Below, piece after piece: positions 24,900-37,240 of a stretch of 64,000 nucleotides of DNA. The notes under the pieces were generated by a model. The model had not been told where the DNA came from. It saw nothing but the letters and a program-made list of their open reading frames with translations, and ran no database searches. The stretch is from assembly GCF_009914755.1 (NCBI RefSeq), contig NC_060925.1; one strand, 5' to 3'. This DNA is from the human T2T-CHM13v2.0 reference genome, Homo sapiens. The translations under genes were made by a program, and so were the position numbers. Each line of letters starts with the position of its first letter. The first letter of the stretch is position 1.

Positions 24900-25230
24900 T
24901 TCATTAAAATGCCTTGTATTTTCTCATATCTCTGCTCTTGAGTAAGCAGTTTCCTCTTTTCATCATGTGATAAACTCCAATTTTAAAGACTCAGTTCAAA
25001 CTGATGTCTTCTGTGACAACATTCTGAGTGCTCTCCATGTACACTGAAACCCACTCTATCAATAAGAGCAAAAACCCCTAACACAGAAATATTTGTTCTG
25101 AGTTTTTGGGTTGTTCTTCCCCATCAGGCTGTAAGCTCATTGAGAAAGGGTCATATCTTAATAACTTTTGTGTATCCTGTAGACAGTGCAATGCTTTACA
25201 GAAGGCGGCCAATTACTTTTCAGTAATGTT
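24900..25230 (+). mobile_element. L2 3' fragment
   Basis: aagactcagttcaaa...ctgtaagctcattgagaaagggtcatatctta...tttgtgtatcc. Confidence 0.6.
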
Positions 25231-26029
25231 TAATAACAAATAAGCTGTTTATGGTCATCTCCTACTTTCTTGATTCTTTTATAACTTACCTGTCAGTAAT
25301 CAGAGATCTGCATCAGAAATGAAACTGAATATAAAATCTTAGGAGATCATTTTTCTCCCTTTTTTGAAATCCTTTATTATCTGGCTACTCAAATTTGGTA
25401 GCTGGGAGGTTAGGAAGGGATGGTGGCAGGCCTTCTATTTCTCCTGTTTTCATTCTGAGCAAGATCTTGCTTGTTCTGGTCTGGTGCTGTTGGATTTGAT
25501 TCCTGTCGGCCTCCTGTAACCAGACCTGCAATGTAATCTTACACCTAATTAGGCAGTCCTGCAGCAAGCCCTGACCCTTGCCATTTGAAGGATGATTTAT
25601 TTTTCTTTGCTGTGCTCAGCAAAGTAGAGGCTGCAAAGTCATTCGGGAGGTCAAACTGCTCTTTCCCCTGCTCTAATCAAGTCCTTCCAGCCTCCTGCCT
25701 TCTTTGGCCCATGGATGGGTACTTCTTTCCAGAGGCCCCACAGCAGATATGGGTGGGCAGAAGGGTGGTCTCTCAGTGTGGCATTCAGAGGGAGACAGGA
25801 CAATACTTTTGTCTTCTGTCGAACTCGTCAACATGGATTCAATTGTATCTCTTGCCTACTTAAAATCAATAGATAGCTTCCACAAACTCTTTAGCTTGGG
25901 TAGTCACCCCTCAAGGTCCTGCTCTTACCTTTTTCTCCAACACTACCTCTCAGAGTATAAATTCCTGGGAAAAAATGCCATACAGCTGAAAAATTGTGTA
26001 GTTCTTCAAACGATAGTCCATTTCGGGTC

Positions 26030-26390
26030 TCCTACTTTGAGCATAGTGTTCTTCTGCCTGGAATGCTCTGTCTCTTCATCTTCTTCCTCCTCAATCCTCT
26101 TCAGGTAGTCAGTTTAGTATGACTCTTCAAAATTCTGTTTGTGTCTCCTTCTCCTGGAAGCTTTCCAGGATTGCCCCAGCCTGGGATAAATTCTATTCTT
26201 CCTTACTCTCACTGCATTCTGTTGCATCATTATGTAAGGACATATATCACATTATATTTTAATAGTTGATTTAGAGGTTTTATCTTCCCACGGAGTATAA
26301 ACTCTTAGAAACTAAAGAAAAATGCTGTCAAAGTGCCTAGGTAGTGTCTCTCACAGAGTAGGTCCTAGGTAAATATGCTAGTCAAATTAA
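26030..26390 (+). mobile_element. L2 3' fragment
   Basis: gttcttctgcctggaatgctct...ctcctggaagctttcc...gtgcctaggtagtgtctctcacagagtagg. Confidence 0.6.
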
Positions 26391-28189
26391 CAAGTCAAAG
26401 AGGAGTTGAAGGGAGTCCAGATGTTGTGTAAACTGCAAGAATGGGGCTGGGGAGAGGCCAGGCTGACCATGGAGTGTTGGGCAGATGGGAAGGCACACTG
26501 TTGAGCCGGGGGTCATCTTGGGTGCTATTTACCTAATGGCGGCTCTTAGGAAAGACAATGACTAGAGCCATTAGGTCTGATGGCTGATCGCTGGGCCAGG
26601 ATCCTAAGAAGTGAGAAATAATGGAATAATGGCAACTTTATATCCTGAAGGGAAGTATAAATACTGGATAGAAAAGGAACTCACCTAAGGGGAGCAAGTG
26701 GGTGCATAAAGTTGATCTTGGATACAGATTGGTGGTGAGCGAGGAATAATAGACTGAGCCAAGTCCAAGGCAGGGTCTTTCAAATGGTCTTCTGGTGTGA
26801 GCTCAGGGAATTACGTGAAGTTCCAAGGGAGATGGGGGCTGTGGGGACCTGAAAGATGAAATCAAGGTAAAGAGCAGAGCCACTAGAGATGCTATTGGGT
26901 ACCACAAGTGTCTGGAGTTTCATACACTTGAGAGGAGGGTACTTTTCCTACATTAGAGGCTTGTATACAGTGACTGTTGGAGTGAAAGGGTGACCTGCTC
27001 CTAACAGCCATCTTAAAATGGCATATTCACCATGGCAAGACAATCCAAATTCCTTGTAAGATTCAGCACACAGGTGCTAGTCTCTACTTAGTTCTGAACC
27101 AGTTCCTTGACCTGTATTTATACCTGGTTCCATGTTGCTCCTAACCCTGTTGGTCTCCGACCTTTGTGAGGTTCTTCTGTTTATCCAGCCTGCCTCACTT
27201 GTTTGACTTGACACTGCACTGCTCCTTCTTGGCTCTGATCCCAGGCCCTTGGCAGTAACTCTGGTTGTCTACTCTACTGGGCCTCTTCTTACCTCTACCA
27301 AACCTCCTTGCCAGTACACCCCAATCTCACTACACCCTTTCCTTTGGCTTTATTCTTTCTTCCCAACAGACTTCCCCAGCCCTCTAAGTGAAAACCAGAG
27401 ATGGATTAATGGCCTCATGTCAACACAGATAATGTTATGACAGCCTATAACCTGTTCTTTGAGCATTAAACCTCTTATGAAACTTCTGCTGAAGGAGAGG
27501 GCATGACTGGCCATGCTTATGTCCTATGCCCTGCCCTTCTGGCCATCTATTGAAGTATGGATGGGCACCTGCCTCAAAGGCAGATTATGCATAGGAGGAG
27601 ACTTAGGAAACCAGATTGTCCTTGAGAGAAACTTAAAAGATAAAGTGAAACACTGGTGAGTGGTGACTAAGCAGAGAAAACTGGAGGGCAGAGAGGGTTG
27701 GGAGATTCTAACAGGTTCACGTAGAAGTAGACGCCCCATGGCTGTATCTGTCCCTGTTGATGTTCTGTGAAGTCCCACTGTGTTTTGATTCTATGCAGCG
27801 CTTAGGTACCCCTTTATTACCACGACAGTTTTTGTTTTGTTTTCTTTTAGCTAGTTTGAGTATTGTCATTGCAGCCAAAGAGCTGTGACTGTTTATGAGA
27901 ACGTGGAATGGAGTGGAGGGCTATCAGTCTGGGGTAGAGGGGGAGGTCTGGAGCATCAGAAATGAAGTGTAATGGAAATCTGAGTTGCACGGGGTGAGTT
28001 TTGGTAGAGGCCAGGTGTCAAGAATAGGTGAAGAGGAGGACAGCTGTGGTCTTTTGGACCATACCAGCCACCATCAGGAATACCCTGATTAGAGAAGAAG
28101 GACTTGGATGGGACTTCCAGGCAGGGGATTGAATCATTTCTGGGACCCCTCTCCTCAGGCTAGCATGGCCTGAGTACACACTCAATAAA

Positions 28190-28420
28190 TATTTGTATTT
28201 ACTATGACAGGCACTGAGATAAGAATCTTACATGCATTAATTTATTTAATTCTTAGAGTCTTTTGAAGGGTGTCTTACTATAATTTCCATTTTACAGATG
28301 ATGAAACTGAAGTTTAGGGAGGATAAGCTAGCTACCTGCTCCAAATCACATAGCAAATGTGGTAGAGCCGGGATCTGAAAGCAGGTCTAAATGTGCCAAA
28401 GCCCATGCTTTTTAGCATTA
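28190..28420 (-). mobile_element. MIR
   Basis: ccattttacagatgatgaaactgaagtttaggga...ccaaatcacatagc...gtagagccgggatctgaa. Confidence 0.85.
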
Positions 28421-29004
28421 CTTTATGCTTGCTTTACACAAGGATCACAGTGTGCTTTGTTTTAAGCCCAATGCCTCTCCTGCTTTCAAATGACTGTGTT
28501 AAAAAATCACATAGTTTCCCATGCCCTGCTCCTCCTTCTATAGCCAGGTCATGCTGGATCCTGGAGGTGCCTGTTGACTGCTCTCAATAAATGCTGCCAA
28601 GAGGCATTACCAAAATGTGAAATGATTTTCATTTGGAGAGGAAAAAACATGAGTAATAAGAAGTAGATTCCAAAAGCAACAAGCACTGGACTATTTTTTT
28701 TCTTCAAGAAATGTTAAACTTGAAAAGGCAAGGCTATTAAATGGCTTGCTTGAAGATCAGACTATTTTTCAAACTTTCAAACTTTAAAAGATGAGACTAG
28801 TATTTACATATGAGGTTCCACACAGTCTCTATCATCCTTGGAAGACCAAATGATAGAAACTTCACTGTAAGGAGGAACCAAGATGCATTTTCTTGGTTCC
28901 AACAACACTTTAGTTTCTGCAGTCACCAGCTTCAAATTTCTCAAGGGAGGCATGACATTTTACTAAAAATTTAATTCTAGTTCACTGTAATTTCAAAAGC
29001 TGTG

Positions 29005-29220
29005 CTTATCCACTGAGGTAGCCTGGGTTCATCAGATCTACTTATTTGAAGAGGGAACTTGGCCAATATCCTTAATTTCCCTGGGCCTCAGTTGTTTCTT
29101 CTGTGAAATGAAGACAATTGTACTCACACTGCAGGGCTGCTTAGGAGGGGAAATAAGATAAGAAATATAAAGGCACTTTAAAGTGTAAAGGGCTCTTTCA
29201 ATGTAGGGGATTATTATCAC
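29005..29220 (+). mobile_element. MIR
   Basis: cctgggttca...ctgggcctcagttgtttcttctgtgaaatg...aaggcactta. Confidence 0.75.
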
Positions 29221-29550
29221 ACATTCTTCTAGGCCATGTTATTTATTAAGGAGGTGTTTTTGGCATGCAGATATAACAGCAAAGGAGATTCATTCATTTA
29301 TTCAGTCAAGAAATATCCTAGTTATCTACTCTATATTGCTCATTATTGTATTTAGAAAGCCTAGCATAGTGACTAAGGCCAATGCAATGCCTGTCCTTAC
29401 TGGACTGAGGTCTGGCGGGAAACACAATCTACTGTGTTGGAGAAGTACATCATAATGATATATCCTGACATAATTGGAGATATGTGGGAGTACTCAGAAG
29501 TGTCTTCTCATCCAGGTTTGGGGAATAGGAAATACTTAGTATTCTGGCAG

Positions 29551-29930
29551 TCTTATGGGCTGAACTGTATCCTCCCAAAATTCATATGTTGACATTCTAA
29601 CTCCTAGGACCTCAGAATATGACAATATTTGGAGATGGGGTCTTCAAAGTGGTAATTAAGCTAAGAGGAGGTCATTAGGATGGGTCTAATCTGATATATC
29701 TGATGACTTTATAAGGAAAGGATATTAGACGTGGACACTCATAGATGGAAGACTACATAAAGACACAGGGGGAAGACAACCATCTGCAAGCAGAGGCTTT
29801 AGAATAAACAACCCCACCAACACCTTGATCTTGGATTTTTCAGCCTCCAGAATTGTGAGAAAATAAATTTCTGTTATGTAAGCTGCCCAGTCTTTGGCAC
29901 TTTGTTATGGCAGCTCAAGGAGATGAATGA
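29551..29930 (+). mobile_element. MLT1A/B solo LTR inserted among L2 fragments
   Basis: tatgggctgaactgtatcctcccaaaattcatatgttg...cagcctccagaattgtgagaaaataaatttctgtt...ctttgttatggcagc. Confidence 0.85.
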
Positions 29931-30607
29931 AAGCGTTAAGTAGACACTCAACAAATATTTGTTGAATGGATGAAAATGATACTTACATGAGAACTGATTC
30001 ATGACAGCAGTTAGCCAGGCTTAGGGTGCATGCAAGAGGGAGGGGATGGCTACAGTATTCCAGGCAAAGGGAACAGGATCTGGAAGCCATGGATGTTCGT
30101 GAGCATGAACTATGCTCAGGATAACTACAGCATCGAGGATATGGTGAGGTGGCAAGAGATGAAGGTGGAAGGGTAAGTGAGGGGTCAGGTCAAGCTGGGC
30201 CATGCAAACCAGGCGAAGGTGAATAGAAGCGTCCAGAGGCTCCCAATCCCCCAAGTAGAAAGCAGTTACATAAGTTATGTCAAGGTTGTGATATATTACT
30301 AGCCTAACTACCACAGGCTGGACACATGACTTATTTCATTTAAACTTCGTGACAAACCTATAGGGTTCTATTATTGTCTCCAATGAGTAATTTTCCTAAG
30401 GACAAATGACTAGGGGGTAACACAGCAGGAATCAGACTTACACACTTAGTTTAGGATACAAACTGTCCAGTACAATCTCTGAGTTTAGCCATGAAACTTC
30501 TTTAGGACAGGCTCAGCTCTGGCCAGTGCACCCCTTACTGGGAAGCCTGAGTCCTCTGAGTTTGGGTTAGGAAGTTGTCAAGAGTGAAGGCATTGTATTT
30601 GCAGCAT

Positions 30608-30755
30608 GGTATGTATCTGTGTGTGTTTGTGTATGTGTGTATAAGTATGTACATGTGAATGTGTACATGTGTATGCATGAATGTGTGCATGTGTGAGTGT
30701 GTATGTAAATAAGTATATATGTGTAAGGGTGTGTATGAGTGTGCACACATGTGCA
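30608..30755. repeat. Degenerate (TG)/(TATG) purine-pyrimidine simple repeat
   Basis: gtgtgtttgtgtatgtgtgtataagtatgtacatgtgaatgtgtac... Confidence 0.8.
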
Positions 30756-31705
30756 CCCATGGCTGAATTACATGAGAAGAGTCCCCCATGGACAGCAGCA
30801 TTAGAAGTCAGTCTCTTCCTGCTGGGATGCCATGATTGCTATCAGGAAGAAGGGAAGATGTCATGGCTTGGGCAAAATCAGCAGCAACATTACTGAAAAG
30901 TTTGTGGTAATCTAAGGCAACAGAATATTGCCAGAATGTCAGCAGGAGCGTTTTTCCTCATCTCTCACCTTTCCATATGGAGGGCCTCCAGCAAGACCAC
31001 CTCTCCTGGTCTCTCTGCCAGGGAAGGGGAGTGCCTGTCTGATGGTGGCTGTGGGAGGCAGTCTGTCAGCCAACAGGAGCGTGTGTCCTGGTCTGCTCAC
31101 AGCCACCCTAGGCAGTCTGAGTCTGCCCTTCTGGGAGCCCCTCACTCCCACCATCCCCCATGCCAAGTGGGTGAGTTTAATTCCAGGCTGAAGTATCTTG
31201 TTGACTAATCCTTTTGGCCCTATCTAAAGCAGCCATGTTCTTTTATCAGCATAAAAGCTGTTTTTTTTTTTTTTTTAATCTATATCTGCCTGGGTCCTAT
31301 GTCTATCTTAGTTGGCTTTGAATATATAAGAAGAAAGGCACATGATTTGTTGATCCCCTAGAGCCCTAATGCATTGGATTTATAATAAAGAAATGCTTAA
31401 TTTGGATGCAGCGTGCTCAAGCAATGGAAGGCAGAGATGTTCTAGATAATTCTCCAACTTAGACACTTCCTGCCATACTCTGCATTTTTCCAGAGGTTCT
31501 GGCTCTACTCAATGACAGTGGGGATTTTTGAGAGACTTTCTGTCTATAAGCCACCTGCAGATTTATTTTTAAGTATTTTCCTTGTTAAATATTTTTGATA
31601 CCTTTGTATTAAGAATGCTGATAAGAGTTGGATGACACACTGACTGTTTTGTAAGACAGGTATGTGTATGTGTGCTGGGGGAAAGGAAGGAGTTAGAAGG
31701 GAGGA

Positions 31706-32185
31706 AGTATCCATTATCTATTGCCATTGTACAAACAACCACAAAACTTTAATGCATACAGCAATAAACTCTTATCTGTCAGGAGTTATCTGGGATCAGT
31801 TTGGCAGCTCTGCTGATCTTGTCTGGGCCTGGTCACACATCAGGGGTTGTCTGTTGGCTGGTCTAGCATGGCCTCAGCTGGGGTCACTGGGTTTCCTGTG
31901 CCTTGCTCTGTGTCTCTCTCATTCCTTAAAAAACTAGCCCGAACATGGTCTTATGAAAATGGCAGAGGTACAAGTGAGCCAGAGGGAACATGTAGGGCCT
32001 CTTGTGGCTCAGGCTCAAACTGGAACACCATTACTTCCACTTCGTCATATTGGCTAAAGTGAGTCACATGGGATGGGGGAATGTACTCTGCCTTCATGTT
32101 TTTATGCCTTCATAAAACCCTGAAGTCCAAAATAACTGAGAGGAGTCAAGAAGGAGGGACCTATTAGTGCCATCAAGCTACCATA
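31706..32185 (-). mobile_element. MLT1H-like LTR
   Basis: ttatctattgcc...aacaaccacaaaac...cagctctgctgatcttg...tggcctcagctggg...atattggctaaagtgagtcacatgg. Confidence 0.7.
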
Positions 32186-32399
32186 GCAGGGAAGTGAAGA
32201 AATGCTGGTAAAAATGACATGCCTCCATGAGCGAGCTAGGCAACTCACCTGCAGGCTGACGTGGATGGAAAGGTGTTTAGAAACTCTTGCCAGGGCTTCT
32301 ATCAGCCAGGAGGCATACTTCGGCTCTGCCAGTTGTGTTTAGCTGGTGTCTGTTCTGATTCGCCAATGTCTGTGCTGTTCTGGCTGTTAAACCTTTGAA

Positions 32400-33050
32400 T
32401 GTCACCCCTGCCAACATCCATCCACCAACCTAACCTTACAAGTCTTTAATTCTCAAAGATTTCTAATACTCATGTTCTCCTGTCTATAGATTCAGGGCCA
32501 GCTCTTTTCTAGCATGGTTCCCTGCAGTTGCCTTCTAATACTTCTCCCTTTCTACGGCCATAGTTGTATTTCTAAAATGCTCCTTCTGCTTAAAATTCTC
32601 CCTGGATGTCTTGTCCTTTAGTTGTCTATTACCCACCCTCACCTTCAGCCTCATCTCCAGCCTCATCTTCAGTGACTGAGGTCATCACAGCAAACCACTG
32701 GGCCTTTTGTGCTCAGAAACTCTGCTCAACCTTCCTTTTCCATCTCACTCCTGCACATCCTTCAAGATGTGGCTTAGGCATTCCTTCCTCCAGGAAGTCT
32801 ACCCTCCCTTTTCCCCAGCCAAGTGGAGCGAAGCTTGCCCCTCTGTGTGATTCTGGCTACTCATGCTTCCCTTTCTCATGGCACCTGCTATACTGCAGAA
32901 TGGTTGCCTCTGAATTTGTGTCTCCTGCTGGAGACTGGAGCTTCTCCAGAACAGGGTACTCAGTCTTACTTGGATCCATATCCACAGCACCTTTGACAGA
33001 GCCTGGCATACTACAGGTACTCTCTAAATGTTTTTGTTTTAATGAAAATA
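32400..33050 (+). mobile_element. L2 3' region
   Basis: catccttcaagatgtggcttaggcattccttcctccaggaagtct...acagagcctggcatactacaggtactctctaaatg. Confidence 0.7.
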
Positions 33051-34848
33051 AGTATTCACACAATTCACAGTCTATTTACTGTAAAGTACAAAATAGTCCT
33101 TCATTCTTCCTCTCTCCCCAACCCTAATTTTCTCTGTCTCTGATGCTTCACAAACATACACATACTCAAAGGGTTCGTATAGGTTGTTAAGTAAAGTAAT
33201 TGAAAGCTTCTGCTTTGATTTTTTTTTTTTAATTTCAGGAAGCTACTTGAACAGAGAGTAATTATTACTGTTAATAGCAATAATTTCCCTATAATCTGGT
33301 TACATGTCCTATTTCATTTTAATGATCAGAGCAGCTGTCTTTAAACAAGTCTGGACAGGGATCTGGAAGCAGAGCTTCCTGAGACATATTCTCTTTGGTC
33401 CAATTATTCCACTTCTGGAGAATGTCTGAGAAGGCAGCTGAGGTTGGGGGCAGGATGGGGCAGTTTATGTCCCTCTGAATCTTCTAGCACACAGGACTTT
33501 CCGGAGCTTTTCAACAGCAACTCCACTGTGCCACAGGAGGAGAGGCAGATAGGGTTTCTGATCTCATCATCTCCCTTTCTCTTAAACCCTCCAGCGAGAG
33601 CTCTCTGGGGGCAGAGCCACAGCTCCAAGCCAGCAGGTTTCCTTTCCTCTTAATTGGGAGATGATAACATGGAAAACCAACAACCATATCAATGCCTTAC
33701 AGCTTCTCAGGTCTTTTTTCTCCCCTAAAACTTGCTTTACAGGAGGAAACGGGGCCGCTTCAGATGGTTTCACTTTAAAACAAAACACAAGACTCTATGC
33801 TCTGAGCATTTGCTCAGCATTTATTAAATGTCTGTATTGTAGCTACCGGCTTGCTGGTGCCACAGCATCTGCGCATGCTCCCTGTGACTTCCTGGTCTGC
33901 AATGTGTTGCTGTTCCTAGCACCAGCTCTCCAGCCAGACCTGGATTACAGTCCCTTTTCAGCCACTCACTCGGCTCCATGACCTCCGAAAGAAAGGCCCT
34001 GTATGCTTTTTCATCTCTGAGTTTTAGTTCCTTATTTGTAAAATGTAGATAAAAATATCTACTTTGCATGGTTGACCTAAGGATTAGGCAAGACAATTTA
34101 GGGCATACACGTAGTAAATGACTGCTTCTGAGCCCTATTTTACTGGTGTTCTTGGTGGGAGAGTCTTACAGAGCTGGTTAAATGCACCTGGGCTGAAAAT
34201 GCAAATTTCAGAAATCCGACAGGGGCAGGAATAATGTCCATTTATGAACAATGGGATTTCAACTAAACTCCATCTTTCCCAAATCACAAAGGCACAAAGA
34301 TGACCTGTTGGTCAATGGTTAAATTCATTTTGGGGAGAAAGATACCTTTGGCATTTTCCCTCTAGCGACTTGCACCTAGCTGACAGCTGTTTTCAATATG
34401 TTGATGATTTAGGAAAACAGTCAAAAATAATACTTTGGAAATTTTAGTCCCACAGCTATGAAAAGAGCTGCAGGAAGAGAGAGGTTGTCTTTAATTAAGT
34501 CATTCCATCCAATCCATGGTGTGTTTTATTTTATGTTTAAATGAAATAAACCTTAAGAAAAATTATTGTTCTACACACACATTTTTATACACACTTCCTG
34601 GCTTGCAAAGGGCTGTTTCCATAATTGAAGTAAATGTAAAATGTATAAAACACATGGAAACATAGGTTGGCACTACTCACGGTGAGTTCTTTTCAAGACA
34701 AAATGTATTTCCAGGAAATATCACAAAATTTCCAAGCCACATGAGGTGGTTTGGATAGAATAGAGGGACCATCTTCTTTCCCTTATGCAATATTGTTAAT
34801 GTTCTAGACTACAAATAGAAAAAAATCCTTATTCATTCTCTTCTCTCT

Positions 34849-34850
<2 letters not shown>

Positions 34851-34887
<37 letters not shown>
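34851..34887. repeat. Poly(T) tract, ~37 nt
   Basis: Uninterrupted T run seen directly; no attached SINE body. Confidence 0.9.
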
Positions 34888-34888
<1 letters not shown>

Positions 34889-35487
34889 GTCTCATTATTG
34901 TGAGACTATGAGGAATAAAAGAAGAAAAGCAGCTCTGGAATCATAATGGAAAGCAATGCCTGTTGATAGGGGTTTAAGAAAGATAATCATTTCCACCCTC
35001 CCTACAGGTTCTGAATCAACTGAGAAATAGTCACAAGAGACAGATGGAGGTAAGTGTTCTGGCTTCAGTGATGGTAGCATTGCATTAGATGGCAGGACTT
35101 GGACCTGAGCCCCAGTAGGCTTCCTATTAATTTTCCCAAATCCAGGACTTTGGATGACATATTGAAGAGAGAGTATGAATCTGTGGAATGGGGAAATGCT
35201 TATGCATTCTGCTGCAAGAAGAATTGTTGCCCCTCAATTATCTAGTTCCAGTGGTAAGGACCACAGGTCAAGGCTGTGAACTCCACCTCATGCAGAAATG
35301 TGGACCCATGAAAGTCGGATTTGATTACTTCTCCAATAGGAAGAATTGAAGTACAGTGTGGGGAAGATGGGTTAGAAGTTGACTCTAAGGCAGGCAGTCT
35401 CCTTAGGAAATACACAGAGAGAAAAAGGGAGACGTAACATTGGTTACTTTTTAATTTCCTTTGAGCATTCTTTCCCCATATTATAGA

Positions 35488-36263
35488 TGAGGTGTTTGTG
35501 TTTTTCTGACACCAATTCTACAACATCAATAGGGTGTTCTACAATTCAATCATATTCTGACGCTAACTACCTGAAGTTAGCATCAGACTCCACAAGCTTA
35601 AAAGCTCAGTCTCACAAGCCTGCCCTTACTTCAGAAGCCAGTCACAAGTCCAGGGCCCCCCAGGCTACCTGCACCTCGGTTCAACTTGGCTGCAAATTTA
35701 GGGATTCCCACACCCCACACCCCGCACCCTCAGGTCTGATAATTCACTTGAACAACTCATAGAACTTAGGAACGTGCTATACTTAACAATTACCATTTTA
35801 TTATAAAGGATACAATTCAAGAACAGCCAATTAGAAGAGAGGTATAGGGCAAAGTAAGGGGTGGCACAGAGCTTCCATAACCTCTCCGGGCATACCATGC
35901 TCCCAGCATGTGTGTATGCTCCCCAACCCAGAATTGCCCCAAACCCAGCTGTTGCAGAGCTTTTACTGAATCTTCATTGTGTTGGCATGATTGATTAAAT
36001 AATGAGCCCTTGGTGATTGAACTCAATCTCCAGGCTTCTCCCTTCTCGAGAGGTCAGAGGCTGGGGCTGAAGTTCCAACTCTCTAATTACACGTGTTTCC
36101 AGCCCCTCCCTGGAAACTATCTAAAAGCCCACCTTGAGTCACTTTTTTGGCATTAAGTCAGATATGTGATGAATATCAAAAGACACTTCTATCACTTAAG
36201 TAATTTAAAGGGCTTTGAAAGCTCTGTGCCAGAAACTGGGGGTAGAGATTTTTATTATACCAT
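35488..36263 (-). mobile_element. MER21-family LTR
   Basis: tctacaattcaatcatattctgacgctaactacctgaagttagcatcagactccaca...ggcatgattgattaaa...gctctgtgccagaaactgggg...ttttattatacca. Confidence 0.85.
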
Positions 36264-36837
36264 GGTACCCAATCGAAGTACCTAGGTATCTCTGTAGAGT
36301 CTTTTGAAGATTAACTGTGTTAAAGTATATAATTACCATTTATGAACATTAAGTACCTTTTCCTAACTCACTGGTCATAAGACCTGTTCAGGGGTTCCCT
36401 AACTTTTCATAAAAAAAAAACCTCGCTTATCATAATCCAAAAATGGAGTTTATGCTTTGAAAGATTTTGCTTCTCAACCTGATAAATTAAAAATGGAAAA
36501 ACCTCAAATTTGATAGATTTCCAATTAAAATTGAAGAAAAGTCTTACCTGTGCCTTCACCTCTGGGAAATGAAAGTCTTTGTATTATGTATCAAAAATTG
36601 CTCAGAGCAGAACAAAGCACATGGATATGTTAGTATTAAAAGTTTCTATGTATGAAATTAGGGGCAATTTGGAAATACAGAAAATACATATTTTTATAAC
36701 TAACGAATGCATGCCCATTTGGAAAACTTGGAAATCAGGGAAATAACTTATAATTATGCAAAAATAAATGAACTAAAATGGTTAATATCTTGATAGAGCT
36801 CTCAGGACCTGGTTAAGATCATCTTTAAGGTTCTTTC

Positions 36838-37240
36838 TAACATTTATTATTCACTTATTTAACAAATATTTAATGAGTACTTCTTCTGAGTCAGACATTG
36901 TTCCAGGCAATAGAGATAGGGAAGCAAAAGACACTTGAAGTTCCTGCCTTCATGGAAATTATGTTTTGTGGCTCAAAATGATGATTTTATATTAATAATA
37001 ATTATGAAAAGCATGCATATATTATATATTATGATATGTGCAGTAACTGCCATATATACTGGGACTGTATAAATGTTTTACGTAGATAATTTTAGTTACT
37101 TTTCAGAGAAACCTCATGAGATTGGTGCTGTGATTATCAAATCTGAGAGTCAGAGGGGTTCAGTTACTTGACCAAAGTCACTAGTTACTAAGTGGCAGAA
37201 ATGGAATTAGTCCTTAAGTCTGGTTGATCCATGCTTTTAA
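36838..37240 (-). mobile_element. L2 tail (36838-36970) and MIR (37030-37240)
   Basis: attcacttatttaacaaatatttaatgagtac...; tgagagtcagaggggttcagttacttgaccaaagtcactagttactaagtggcagaa. Confidence 0.7.

Noticed and set aside
30535-30896. His/Thr-rich ORFs (also 42150-42402 and 61735-61944)
   Set aside because: Translations of (CA)/(TG) simple repeats.
32606-33127. 173-aa ORF, the longest outside the tandem array
   Set aside because: Lies in decayed L2 sequence; no recognisable domain or exon evidence.
33218-33262. Strong-looking splice acceptor (T-tract...tttcag/G), possible lncRNA exon
   Set aside because: An acceptor-like motif alone cannot support an exon without transcript data.
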